A stretch of 64,000 nucleotides of DNA from the human T2T-CHM13v2.0 reference genome, Homo sapiens, in the NCBI RefSeq assembly GCF_009914755.1, contig NC_060931.1, one strand, 5' to 3'. The notes below the pieces were generated by a model that was not told the DNA's origin, did no database searches, and saw only the letters and a program-made list of their open reading frames with translations. A program made the position numbers and the translations under genes. This document shows positions 16,111 to 33,096 of the stretch, in pieces. Position 1 is the first letter of the stretch. Each line of letters begins with the position of its first letter.

Positions 16111-17220
16111 TTATACCAGTTTACACTGCTACTCCATATTCTTGCCAACACTTAGTATTGAAATTCTTTTGAACTTTACCTTTCTGATGGATTTGCAGTG
16201 GAATCTCACTGTATAATTTTGATTTGCATTTATCTGAGAATTTATGATGTCGAACAATTTTCATATGGCTGTTTAGCCACTTCAGCATCCTTTTTGGTGA
16301 AGAATCACTTCAGGACTGTTCCCCATTTTTTCCACTGTGTTGTTTTTTTCTCTTTAATAGGAGCTGTATACATTCTAGATAAAAGCCTTGGTCAGTATAA
16401 GGTGCTGCCAATATCTCCTCCCAGCCTATGGCTCACCTTTACACTCAGAAGTGGTGTCTTTTTTAGTCCATAAACAAATTGTATTTTTATTCGCCAGCAA
16501 CAAACAATTACAAACAGCCTCAAAAATTCAGATGGCTGTGAGTAAATCTAATGCAAGATAGCAAAACCACTACACAGAAAGCCACAAAGCAATATTGAAA
16601 CAAAACTTAAAAGTCCTAAATAAACATGTAATTGGAAGACTTAGTATTATAAGAATGTCAGTTTTCCCAAAAATGATCTATAGAGTCAAAACAATCCCAA
16701 TCAGAATCCAAGAAGGGTTTTTTGTTTCCCCATTTTTTTTGGAAACTGACAAGTGGATTTGGACAGGTATGTGGAATTGCAAATGACCTAGTATAGCCAA
16801 GACAATCTTGAAGGAGAAGAACCAAATTGTGGGAATTTTCCATCCAACTTCAAGACTCAGTTTAAAAGTACAACAATTGAAACAGTATTGGGGTGAGTAT
16901 AGACAAATGGACCAAAGGAAACAATACAGAACAGAAACAAGACTCCCCTGGGCACACGTACTTGACTTATGACAAAGCTGGCAGTGCAGAATGATGAGTA
17001 AAGGCAATAATGCTGGGCCAGTTGAATAGTCAACTGGAGAAAATGAAAAGTTTCCCCTCTTCATGCTGTGCACATAAATAATTCCTGGTGGGTTATAGAT
17101 GTAAATGTGAAAGGTAAAATAATAAAGCTTCCAGATGATAGCATATGAAAATATTTTTATGGCTTTGAGATAGGCAACAATTCCTCATTATTAAATAGCA
17201 CTAACCATAATGGGACTACA
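16111..17220. mobile_element. Old L1M ORF2 fragments (antisense ~16111-16470, sense ~16480-17220)
   Basis: Antisense motif tttgatttgcattt; sense motif attggaagacttagtattataagaatgtcag...caatcccaatcagaatcc. Confidence 0.7.
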
Positions 17221-17237
17221 TTAAGATTTGGATTGCT

Positions 17238-17499
<262 letters not shown>

Positions 17500-17589
17500 G
17501 ATTTGGATTGCTTTAATGTCTGAAGGTGGTTAAAAAAAAAGTTACGGGAAATAGGTTGCATGATAATATACTAATAATATCACTAACTA

Positions 17590-17810
17590 TAATTTATTGA
17601 GCATTTGTGATATAGTGAGCACCCTACTGAGTTTCAAATGTCTTATCTCATTTAGCCATTACTAATATTATTATTTTACAGATGAGGAAGCTGAGGTACA
17701 GACTGTTGAAGTAACTTGCCTAAAGTTATTCACACCGCTAGTAAGTGACAGAGCTGCTCTGCAGACCAGGCAGTCTGACTCCAGAGCCAACACTCTTAAT
17801 GACTCCACCT
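17590..17810 (-). mobile_element. MIR SINE
   Basis: MIR core attttacagatgaggaagctgagg...aagtaacttgcctaaagt. Confidence 0.75.
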
Positions 17811-18274
17811 GACCCCCATTGGAGGCACTGGATTTTATATAATGAGGGCATTTAACTTATAGACTGATACCAAACCTGAAGAGGGCATGTAGGATGGCTT
17901 TTTGAAAACATACCAGGAGCCCCTGGTATGTTTCTCAGTGCTACATATCACAAGATGCAAAAGATAACAAGAAGTAGTTATGGCTGAAGTTCCTAAGGAT
18001 AAATATCTCAGGAATCAAGACAAAGTCAAACGAGTAGGCTCAATCTTCATATCTTTTAATTATGTTCCCAGAGCTTGTCCAAAGGTGTAGGTTGTTATGG
18101 TGATGGGAAAAGGTTTTGCAAACTTAACTTATGGGAGTATTTTTTTCAGATTTAAATAATGCCTTGTCATGATGTACAACCTTAGCTAGCCTTGCTCCTC
18201 TGTGCTGCCCACTTCAGTTATACGAGAAGGTATTATGTTGGTGTTAGCTGGTAAAATGTCTGAAGAATCTGTGA

Positions 18275-18622
<348 letters not shown>

Positions 18623-19755
18623 TAAATTTTACATTAGTGAGATCCATGGTGGCCAACCTATCATTTTTCTTTTGCATGTTACCTTATTAATCTGATCGGT
18701 TGTTTCAAGCTATTTCACTATCTTTGATTTTGTTACCCAGGAGGAGGGAAAATCCACAGTTGACAGGACCCAATATAGATGAAGCCAATGTCAGTTAAAC
18801 CTCAGTTCTTCCTAAAAACTCATTCTGGATATGTAACATTTACTAAAATAATAATAAAAGTCCATAAAGAGAAACTTTTTGCCCAAGCAGATAGAATGTC
18901 TGTGATATTCATATTGCCAGGGAAATGACACAACTCTAGAAGAAATTATCATCATGTGACTCACCACTACCTTTGCCAGTTCTTTTGCTGACAGATGGAG
19001 AGATAAAAGATCTAAAACTGTGTCTATGAGGGATTAGCGTTCTAAAATTGTGGTCGCTCATAAGAATGCAATATTAACACTCATTCGAAAAGACAGCAGC
19101 ACATCGAGGGTTTTTCTTATGGGACCCCAGCTGGCCCCACCCAGAAGACAGAGCTCAGTGACTCCAGGACTCCATGGGAGTTACTTCCCTCCCTTCATTT
19201 TTTCCTTCCCTTCTTTTCAGGCCTTCTTTTCTTTGTCTCCTTTCCCCTCATTCCTTCCTCCCTTCTCTCTTTTATTTCTATTTCTCTTTCTGTTTTGTTT
19301 TCTTTCTTTCTATTTCTTTCCTTCCAACAGATGGGATTTTATTTTTATTTTTATAGACTTATGTATAAAATTTCAGTCAAAATATTATCCTAGAAAGGAG
19401 TATAAATAATTTTTTTGTCTCATTATATCTAACGGGTTTTCAAGCAAACTAAGAATCTCTAAAATATCCAGGTCAGCAAAGAAACTGTAACTATGTAATT
19501 TATTGTGAAGATGCCTTCTCTTCTAACACAAGCTCTACCCAGCAGGAGGGTTTTCCTAAATTTAAATCAGCAGTAAAGCATGTTCTCCTCTTTGCTAGGC
19601 AAGTTTTTGCAAACACCCTGTTGCCAAGCTGCCATCTCTGAGCAGGGAGACTTACACAATATCTGCCAATTGACTGCAGCAAGTACTGAGAGCAGTGGAG
19701 GAAGAAGGGGCCAGTATGATCGGACAAGGGAAAGGGATCAAAGGGACAAAAGCAC

Positions 19756-20511
19756 TGAGCACTAAGCTCTGATTTTTTGTCTTGCCCAAATTCCTACCTA
19801 AGGGGTCTAGGGAGTCATGCCTTGCAAACCATAAATTCTCATCAGATGGGTTTTATTGGACCCTATATATTGTGACTTACTTTTCAATCTGACTCTGGCA
19901 TAACATTATGAGACAAGGAAAAAAATATTTAACCACAGAAATATATTTCCTTGCCATACCTTAAAATTGCCTTGCAAAATGTCTTGTGGGAAGAATCCAC
20001 ATTCTATACAAAATCCCCTTCCCCCTTTGTTTTTCTTCCTTCCTTTCCAGATCCGGGAGATAATCAACTAAGAGCCAGGCACCCTTTTAAGTTCTATAAA
20101 AAACAATTTACAAACCGCTCTCTCTAAAGTTGGCTACCTAAGAGCTTTCTCTGCACGATAAAACTTGGTCTCCACAAACCTTTATCTTTAACCTGAACAT
20201 TCCTTTCTATCTATCCCATGTCTTCAGACAACTTCAACCAATTGTCAACCAGAAAATGTTTAAATTTACCTATAGCCTGGAAGCCCTCGCTTTTGTCCCA
20301 CCTTTCTAAACCAAACCAATGTATTTCTTAAATGTATTTGATTGATGTCTCACGCCTTCCTAAAATACATAAAACCAATCTGTACCCCAGCCACCTTGGG
20401 CACATGTTCTCAGGACCTCCTGAGGGCTGTGTCATGGGCCATGGTCACTCATACTTGTCTCAGAATAAATCTCTTAAAATATTTTACAGAGTTTGACTCT
20501 TTTCATCAACA
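19756..20511 (+). mobile_element. ERV1 solo LTR, MER4D/E-like
   Basis: TG...CA ends with 4-bp TSD GCAC; AATAAA near the 3' end. Confidence 0.85.
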
Positions 20512-20701
20512 GCACCTAGGCACAAAGCAGAAATGAATAGAAAAAGAAATGCGTGTAATCCACGCTTCCCTCAGCAACAGCAGCTTTAGATAGACTATTT
20601 GTCTGTGACAAATAATTAGGGCATGACTAATAATTTCCGTATTAACAAGAAATTATTTAGTTCTGCGTCTTCAACTCACATTTTCACTGGAATCCTACAA
20701 G

Positions 20702-21632
<931 letters not shown>

Positions 21633-22047
21633 CAAGCACTTCATGTCCTCCTTTTCCCTTGTAGGGTCCCAGGGGCTGCTAGCCATGGCCTAGCACAGTG
21701 CAGCACAGGGAGCACCACACACATCCTCAGCTGTGCTCCCAGGGATGCCTCCTGCACAGTCCAGTGTGAACAGCTGCCCAGAGCCAAGAAGGGCAGTGTT
21801 GCTCCACACGGGCAGTTGGCAGCCACGTGGTAGCTATTGAGATCTTCTTGTTTTTCATTATTTACTAAAACAAACAAACACTTATATGTCTAATAATAGA
21901 TAAAATAAATTCTCGTAGATCATACAATGGCATATGAAGCCAATAAAATTATGTTACAGAAGAGTATTTAATGACAGAAAAACATTCATGATTTATTGCT
22001 AGATAACATGATAAAATTTGAACATAATAGGTAAAAAGACAAAAATG

Positions 22048-22615
22048 TGTAGTATAAAATAAAATTTCAGGACCCTCTAAATTTATTTTGCCAAGGAAGG
22101 AAGTTAAGCTCTGGAGACAGTAGCATGTTTGCAATTTCGCTTCTTAGATTATAGCTTAACCCTCTTCCTCATTGCTCTTTTCCTGTAAATGCCTAGGAGA
22201 GACCAGAGACCAGATATTCCCCCTTCCAATCACTGATCTTTGTTATAGATTAACTGTCTTTATTGTCCAGTTCCTAACCCAGACCAATGGCGCCCAAGAC
22301 CCCATGACAGTTACATCTTCAGGGTGGAATGTTAAATATACCTTTCCCTGAAAGAAACGTACCATCTGGACTAATCATATCATTGTATTTTAACTATACA
22401 TTAAGTCTTCCATAGAAAGACACTGAAATTCTGTTAAAGCGCCCTAAGCTTTGTCCATGTAAACGATCCCAAACTTCTACACTCTGGAGCACTGACTTCC
22501 GTTCTTTGAAATCTGGGCTTCCTGGGTGGCCTGTCCTCAATCTTTGCACTTGAATAAACTTGCTTTAAACTAGAGTCTGACCTTTTTATTATTATTATTA
22601 TTTTAGGTTGATTAC
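22048..22615 (+). mobile_element. ERV1 (MER4-group) LTR, subfamily uncertain
   Basis: LTR-like layout, with aataaac followed by ttttaggttga near the 3' end. Confidence 0.55.
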
Positions 22616-22924
22616 AGGCACTGGAACATGACCAAAAGCAGGCAGTAACTAGAGTGGAGTCAGGCCATGAGAATCAGGAACCACAGTGTGTAAGATTTGC
22701 CATATGCAGCATTTGGCCTCCAGGTCCTCCCCAGTTCACACGGAGCTCAGTGCAGCTGGAAACCTCAGTCTTACTGGCTTGATGTGTCAGATGACAAAAT
22801 TTAGACTGGCAGAACAGCTGGAAAGTTATGAAGAAATCCTGGAAAGGAGAAAACCACAGAGGAAATAAACCCTTACATCTGATTATAAGCTCCGCCTAAA
22901 TTCTGGGCTGACTTGATAAACTAT

Positions 22925-24452
<1,528 letters not shown>

Positions 24453-24686
24453 CTACATAAACACGGGGAAGATCCCCGTGGGGCCAGCAAAAAAGTAACA
24501 AATGAAAACTAAAAGAATAGATATTTCATCTACTTCCCACTGCAGGTTGTTAAAGAAAAACTAGAGTTGGACAGTTGTTACAGCAGTAAAGATTTTATTC
24601 AGGAACTATTGCAATAGGGGAAAGGAGCCTCAGAATACAACTGGGCTCAAGTCTGAATACAGCAAAGACAAGTGGGAATTTACAGC

Positions 24687-25550
24687 TGTGAACTAAAAAT
24701 TAAAATTCTAAGCCCCCCAACCATCTGAATGAACCCCTCTTCTTAGCCAAGGGCATTCCAAAGTTAACCTGAAAATGTAGTTCAGGCCATGATGGGAAGT
24801 GGGGGTTTGATGTGCCTGATTACCTTCCTCCCTTTGGAATTCAGGCACAACTGACCAGCATTAACATAAAAACAGAGATCTTAATACTTTTTGTAGCAAT
24901 AAGATACCAAATTCCAGCCTGACTCTAGTATAGCATCACCTGACCGACAGCAGGCCCTGAAAGAAATCAGAGTATTTTACCCTAAAATGTATTTCTTCGA
25001 CATATCTTGAAATGGCCCTGCAAAGCTGTCTCTTGTAGGGAAAAAATCTACATTCTGTAGGGAATCCCCTTCCATTTCCAGGTCTTGGTCCTGATCCAGG
25101 AGAGAATTAACAGAGTCTGGCGGCTTTTTTAGTCTGATAAGAAACATTTATAAGCTATTCTCTGAAGCCTGCTACCAGAATCCTTCATCTGCATAATAAG
25201 AACCGTGGTCTCCACATCCCTTCTCTTAACCCAGACACTCCAAGTCTTTAGATAAACTGTTTCAACCAATTGCCAATCAGGAAATCTTCTTTGAATCCAC
25301 CTGTAACCTAGAAGCAACACACTTCTCTACTTTGAGTTGTCCTGCCTTTCCAGATAGAACCAGTGTACATCTTCCATGTATTGACTGATGTCTTATGTCT
25401 CCCTAAAATGTATCAAACCAAGTGTTAGCCAAACCACCTTGGCACATACTGTCAGGACCTCCTGAGGCTGTGTCACAGGCATATCCTTAAACTTGGCAGA
25501 ATAAACTTTTAAATTGATTGAGCCTTGTCTCTGATACCTTTTGGTTTACA
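24687..25550 (+). mobile_element. MER4B/C-like LTR nested in an antisense MER31/MER67-like LTR (~24548-25853)
   Basis: tgtgaactaaaaattaaaattctaagcccccc...ttggtttaca; imperfect TSD cagc/tagc. Confidence 0.75.
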
Positions 25551-25913
25551 TAGCCAAGGAGCAGGGTGGAGGTCAGTGGATGGAAAAGTATTAAGAAGAA
25601 ACATCAGGGGCAAGGGGGTTCTGGTTACAGAGGTCTAACAGGACTCCTACTGAAGGCAGGCCAGGGTGATCAGAGGTCACTGGGAAGTTGGTGGAGAATG
25701 AGGAATTTGATCAGCTATTGAAGGTGACAGTAAACTGACTTGAGATTCTTGCTACAACTGGGCTCTTGAGGACAAGGCCTAAGGACGGGTCTTAGTCCAA
25801 AAAGAACTCAGAGGAGCCTATCTAGAGTTTGGCCAAAGACAGGATCTCTGTCAAGGAGACACCCAGGTTTGGAATTCTTTTTTATTTTATTAATTTCTTT
25901 AGAAGACATGTTT

Positions 25914-27056
<1,143 letters not shown>

Positions 27057-27057
27057 T

Positions 27058-27307
27058 CAGGCGTTGCTTCTCATCTGATGGTGATTTTTCTCTCCAGGGC
27101 AACATTTGGCAAAAAATATCTGAAGACTTTTTTTTTTTTATTGTCACAACTGTTGGGTGGGGGACTTAGTGGGGAGGAATTGTTACCAGCATCTAGAGGG
27201 TAAAAGCCAGTAATGCTGCCAACTATCCTACAGGGCACGGGACAGCTCCTCACAGTAAGGAATTATCTAGTTTAAAAGGTCAATGATGCCAAGGTGAGAA
27301 ACTCTGT
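27058..27307. mobile_element. MER20 DNA transposon
   Basis: ggtgattttt...ccagggcaacatttggc...ttgtcacaact...catctagagggta...gtcaatgatgccaaggtgagaaactctg. Confidence 0.75.
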
Positions 27308-28959
27308 CAAAAAATAAGCTAACAAAAAAACCCATGGAGGCATAGCTAAAAAGCCTATGGGGGAAATTAAAATGGAATACCAAAAAAAATTCAGTTAACC
27401 CAAAAGAAGGCAGAAAAGGAGGAGCAGAATAACAAAAAGCAGATAAGACAAATAAAAACAACAAAATTTTATACCTAAATCCATTTATCTCAATAATTAT
27501 ACTAAACCTAAATGGACTAAACATTCCAATTAAATGGTTGAGAATGGATAAAACAGCAAGGCGTATAAGTGACACACTTTTATTTTTTGATAATTTTCAG
27601 TGATTTATTTCATACAATACATAATAAAGTACAAATTTCTTAGTATGCCATGTTAGATCCTTTATAATCTGCCCACCACTTATTTTCAGTATGTTTACAA
27701 AGAAAATGGAAAACAACAGTGTATTTTTTTTTAGAGATGGTGAGATTTCCATCCCAATATAACTGAATTTATTTTTGGTGGCCTTTTTCCAGTAGGAATT
27801 CTCTTTGATATTGTGAATCAGCTGAACATCCAAGTGTCAACAGGAGGTTGTGTCGAATTGGTAGAATTATGGATGTCTTCTATTTGCTTCCTGTGCCTTT
27901 CTATCTTTTTCAAATACTTCTCTATAAACACAGAAACACTTATAGTTAGAAAAAATATAAATAAATAGTAGGCAAGCAAGCAAATGTTTTATTTGACTTG
28001 CTGAAGATAATTAAATCCACCTTATTTAAATCACAGCAGTGGCTGCCCACTTGCTGCTTCTCCTCAAAGCATCCTCATCACTGATGGGGCTCATCAACTC
28101 CCACACAGTAAGCGCCTTTGATGCTCCTAATGCCAGGCATCACATAGGAGGGAGGCAAACAGTTACTGAGGGGTTTAGAACCAGCAGGGCTTTGACTGTG
28201 GCACAGCAACGGGGGTAAACATGCTCTTCTTCCTTCCCCACTGGCATTATTTCTGAAGTTGGGGAGAGCACACACTGGGCTGTGTAGGGCCTAGGACAAA
28301 TAATGTTTTGAAGGGCGGCTGTTTACATAAACAACTTGAATCACCCCAAGTCATTGTAACAGCACCATTCTTGTGGCTTAATCTTTCTCCGGGCTACTCT
28401 CCTGGAAAACCCCACAAGTTCCAGCTACAGATACCCCAGGAAAACTCCAGAGATACAAGTTCTAGAGCTTCTGGGGTATCTGCAGGGCAGGATGTAGAGG
28501 GACGGAGAGTTTTCCAAAGGGAAGAAATGGGAACAAACCCTTGTATGTCCCATAGGGCTTGGGGCACCCCATCCAGTTGGCATTGCCAGGCGTGGCCAAT
28601 CCTAGGGATGGGAGAAGAACTTGGACATTGTTGAGGAAGAGCCTAGAGTGACATTATGCCATCCATGTCTGTTTCTCTTTATCCTTCTTTCTTCCTCTGC
28701 CCAGCACACTAAGTCTCATGGGGCCAAGTCATAGCACATTTGAAGGAAGCATCTAATGCTCACATCCAAAGCCTTCTTTTCGTCCTCTAATTAGTAAAAA
28801 ATGTCCTAGTGTGGAGCCCAGGTGTTTTGAGTTTCTCCACCTCACCTAGTATTATACAAGCTAGATCAGCCATTTTTTCTACCTGTATTATTTCATAGGC
28901 AAATCATGGCACCCTACTATCTAGGTACTGGTCATCAGTCCCTTGATTTGTGTGTGTGT

Positions 28960-29860
28960 AACAGCTTTATTAAGATATAATTCACATACCATATAATTCA
29001 TTTCTTTACAGTGTACAATTCAGTGGCTTTCAGTGTATTCACAGAGTTGTGCAACTATCACCATAATTCATTTTAGATCATTTTCATCACTACAAAAAGA
29101 AACCCCATACCTCTTAGCCATCGGTTCCCATCCTCCTCCCATCAGCTCCTGATATTGGCTATTTTTTCTGTCTTAATAGATTAGCCTATTCTGGACATTT
29201 CATAGAAATGGAGTCATGCAATGTGTGATCTTCCATGACTGGCTTCTTTCACTTAACACAGTGTTTTCAAGGTTCATCGATGTTATCACATGTATTGATA
29301 CTGCATTCCCTTTTGTGTGGTAAAATAAACATAACATAAAATTCACCATTTGAAATATTTTATGGTGTACAATTCAGTGGCATTCAGTTTGTTCACAATA
29401 TTATGCAATCATCACTACTACCTAGTTCCAGAACATTGTGGTCATTCCTAAAGCAAAACCCTGACTTGTTAAGAAGTCACTCCCCATCTCTTCCTCCTCG
29501 CAGCCCCTGGTAACTCCTAAGCTGCTTTCTGTCTCTATGAATTTGCTTATTCTGGACATTTCATATAAACAGGATCAGACAATATTTGCCATTTTGTGAC
29601 TGGCTTCCTGGTCTAGTATGTTTTCAAGATTCATCCATGTCATAGCAAGTATCAATACTTCATTCCTTTTCAGTGTTGAATAATATTCTCTTGTAGAGAC
29701 ATACAGTGCCACATTTTATTTTTCCATTCATCAGTTGAAGAATGTATGTATTGTTTACACTTTTTGGCTGCTATTAGTAATGCTGCTATGAACATTCATG
29801 TACAAGTCTTCCCGTAGACTTATGTTTTAATTTCTCTTGGGCATATACCCAGACATGGAG
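28960..29860 (-). mobile_element. L1MB-like 3' fragments
   Basis: acagctttattaagatataattcacatacc; ttctggacatttcat appears twice. Confidence 0.8.
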
Positions 29861-30241
29861 CCTCTACCTTTTATATTCTTCTCCTAGGTGGCTTACTGGG
29901 TCTTTATGAGAAGAGAACAATTTAGGACCTACACTCACAGGACAGCTTCTTAGGAAGTTTAAGGAACTCACTGTATCCTTGAAATAACCAGGACAGATCC
30001 TCCAAACTTGAAAATAAATGGAGAAGCACCAGATGGGGAGGGTAACTGGATCGTGTGTCTCCAACTCCTGTTCCCCAAGATTTACACCCTCTGGGGTTTT
30101 CTTAACTTCCATGGCTGCCCCCTGCTGATGGCAGACTGGGCACAGCTCCCTCCCTTTGATGCTCTGACCCCAGATGGGCTCCATTCCTGTGATATGAGTG
30201 AGCGCAAACTGAAATTGCTAAAACAAGACTTTAGTAAGGCT

Positions 30242-30663
30242 TGTATTAGTCTGCATTCATATGCTATAGAGAAATACCTGAGATTGGGTAATTTATGAAG
30301 AAAAGAGGTTTAATTGGTTCTCGGTTCTGCAGGTTGTACAGGAAGCATAATGATCTGCTTGGCTTCTGGGGAGGCCCTGGGAAGCTCACAATCATGGCAG
30401 AAGGCAAAGGGGGAGCAGGCATGTCATATGGCCAGGGGAGGAGTAAGATAGTGAAGGGGGGGTGGGGTGCTGCACACTTTTGAACAACCAGATCTCATGA
30501 AATCACTCACTATCATAAGGACATCACCAATGAAATGGTGCTAAACTGTTCATGAGAAATCCACTCCCACGATCCAATCACCTTCCACCAGGTCCCACTT
30601 CCAACAATGGGGATTACATTTCAGTAAGAGAATTGGGCAGGGACATGGATTCAAACTCTATCA
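30242..30663 (-). mobile_element. MaLR LTR (MST/THE1-like)
   Basis: tgtattagtc...gaaatacctgagattgggtaatttatgaagaaaagaggtttaattgg. Confidence 0.85.
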
Positions 30664-31215
30664 GGCTCCAAAGAAAAATGGGAACAGATCAAGATAGCAC
30701 ACACCTAATAATGTGGTTTAAAATGTACAATGTATTCCCCTTAAACAGGGGTCCTGTCATAATCCCTTTCCAGCCTAGCTGCAGACTTGCCTCCATGAGG
30801 CAGGAGCCATCCAAGTGTCCCACCAGACATAACTGGATTCCTCCATGTCTGGACCAAGAGGGTGGGGCTCTGAGTGGGGCAGGAGTCCTCACTCCTGTCT
30901 ATATGGTCCAGCTGGAAGACGAGTAAGACTGACATCCACTCACTTAAGAGGAATTCTCACCCATTCTTAGAGGGCAGCCTTACCCATAGTTTCAACAATG
31001 TCAAAATGCCTCACACTAAGCCCAACATCCCATGAGAGATGGACACATGCCAGGCAGGGGGATGGTTTCTGTGCTATTATCTGCTTGGGACACCAGATAG
31101 TGAAGTAGCTAGCCAGCACATTCTTTATAAAAGGAGAAGCTGCATCAAATGAAGTCCAGGCTGTGTCAAAAGAAGCCTATTTCTTTGCATGGAGAAGTAA
31201 GAAAATAATCACGTA

Positions 31216-31522
31216 GGCGGGGCGCGGTGGCTCACGCCTGTAATCCCAGCACTTTGGGAGGCCGAGATGGGTGGATCACGAGGTCAGGAGATCGAGACCA
31301 TCCTGGCTAACATGGTGAAACCCCGTCTCTACTAAAAATACAAAAAAATTAGCTGGGCGTGGTGGTGGGCGCCTGTAGTCCCAGCTACTCAGGAGGTTGA
31401 GGCAGGAGAATGGTGTGAACCTGGGAGACGGAGCTTGCAGTGAGCCGCGATCGTGCCACTGCACTCCAGCCTGGGCAACAGAGCGAGACTCCACCTCAAA
31501 AGAAAAGAAAAGAAAAGAAAAG
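31216..31522 (+). mobile_element. AluY-like
   Basis: Full Alu with (AAAAG)n tail. Confidence 0.95.
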
Positions 31523-32311
31523 AATCATGTAGGTAAAGGCAGAAACAGCAACCTGAGACCTGAGGCAGTACCTTATGGCACTTGTTAAGGAAAAATACTT
31601 TTGTATGTTTTAGAGAAAAGATCTGACCGCTGCAGCTGCTCTTTGTGCCAGGTAAAGCAGATCCCACTAACCTGTGTATACTGTGAACAGTAGCATAGTA
31701 ACTCATATTGCACTGGCTCATTGCCTGCAAACCAGTCTCCTCCCAAATCTTAAGAGTTGTCCTGGTATGTGTCTTATGTTCATGAACAGGTCTACTCCCT
31801 GAGTGCTGCCACTGCTCTTCAGGGTGCCATACTGTCTCTGTCATGCTGACAGGCATGATGGCCGCAGCACCAGAACCCTCAGAGTCCCCATACATGTGGT
31901 CTGCAGTGAGGTGGTGAAAATGTAGTTATTGGCAGAGCAGTTCCTTCACTCAGCATGAGTACCTTCTCTTCTGCTACCACCCTTCCACAGGTGGTACTGT
32001 GGACAGAGACCCTGTTTTCTATTCTTTCATGATCAGTCAGGTGCGGCCACAATGGGGACACGGGGGAGGCACAGAAAAGTTGACTGTGCTTCCAGGTCCT
32101 AGAGAGGCAGTCACTGTGCACCATGAAGGGGCCACCCTGCAAAGGGAGGGGCTCCACCACGTGGAAGGAGAGCAGAGGGAGTGGGGACCTGTGGGCCAAT
32201 GCTGTCACTGGGGGTCAGGGTGGACACAAGCAAAAAGCAGGCGGGGCTTCATCGGTGTGTTGAGCGTCTCAATATTACAGGAAAATTATTCAATGTCAAC
32301 TGTTAAAGCAC

Positions 32312-33096
32312 AGGGTCTTAATTTGTTTTCTGTTGCTTATAATATAATACCTGAAACTAGGTAATTTATAAAGAAAGGGAATTTATTTTTTACAGTTTTG
32401 GAGTTGGAGAAGTCCAAGGTCAAAGGGCCACACATGGCGAGGGCCTTCTTGTTGATGGGGAGTCTCTGCAGAGTTTCCAGGCAGCACAGAGCACCCCATG
32501 GTAAGGGGTTGAGTGTGCCAGCTCAGGTCTCTCTTCTTCATATAGAGCCACAGTCCCACTCCGAGACAACCTGCTAATCCCTTCGTCCACGAATGGATTA
32601 CTGTCACACTGGGGATTAAGTCTCAACATGACTTTTAGAGAGGAAAAACATTCACACCATTCACAGCACAGGGTAAGGCTGACTTTATTGAGACCTTAAC
32701 GGTATGGGGACCACCACGATGGGATTTTGCAGTGTGGGAGAAAGATTGAGCTTAATTCCCAATACAAGTGGAAATGGATAGCCAAGAAGCAAGGTGGGGG
32801 TGACTGGATGGAAAATTACTAAGAGATAACATGAAGGGGAAGGTGGGTACTGACTAATCTTACCTAATAGGCTTCTTGCTGAACACAGGCCAGGTTGATC
32901 CAACATCACCTAGGGGATAGTGAGGGATAGGGAACCTGGTCAAATAATGGGGGTGATCACATATTAGGGGGTGGTTCTTCCTAAAGTGACTTAGCAAGGC
33001 TGTTTGCTAAAACTGGATTTTATAAGGAAGTGTGCAGATGGGCCTTGGAGGAGATTCAGGAACCTGACTAGTTTGGTAGAACAAAGAATCTCTGTC
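32312..33096 (-). mobile_element. MaLR LTR (~32312-32660) followed by a MER31-like LTR (~32685-33096)
   Basis: ggtaatttataaagaaagggaatttatt..tacagttttggag..gaagtccaaggtcaa; the second element ends aagaatctctgtca. Confidence 0.65.
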
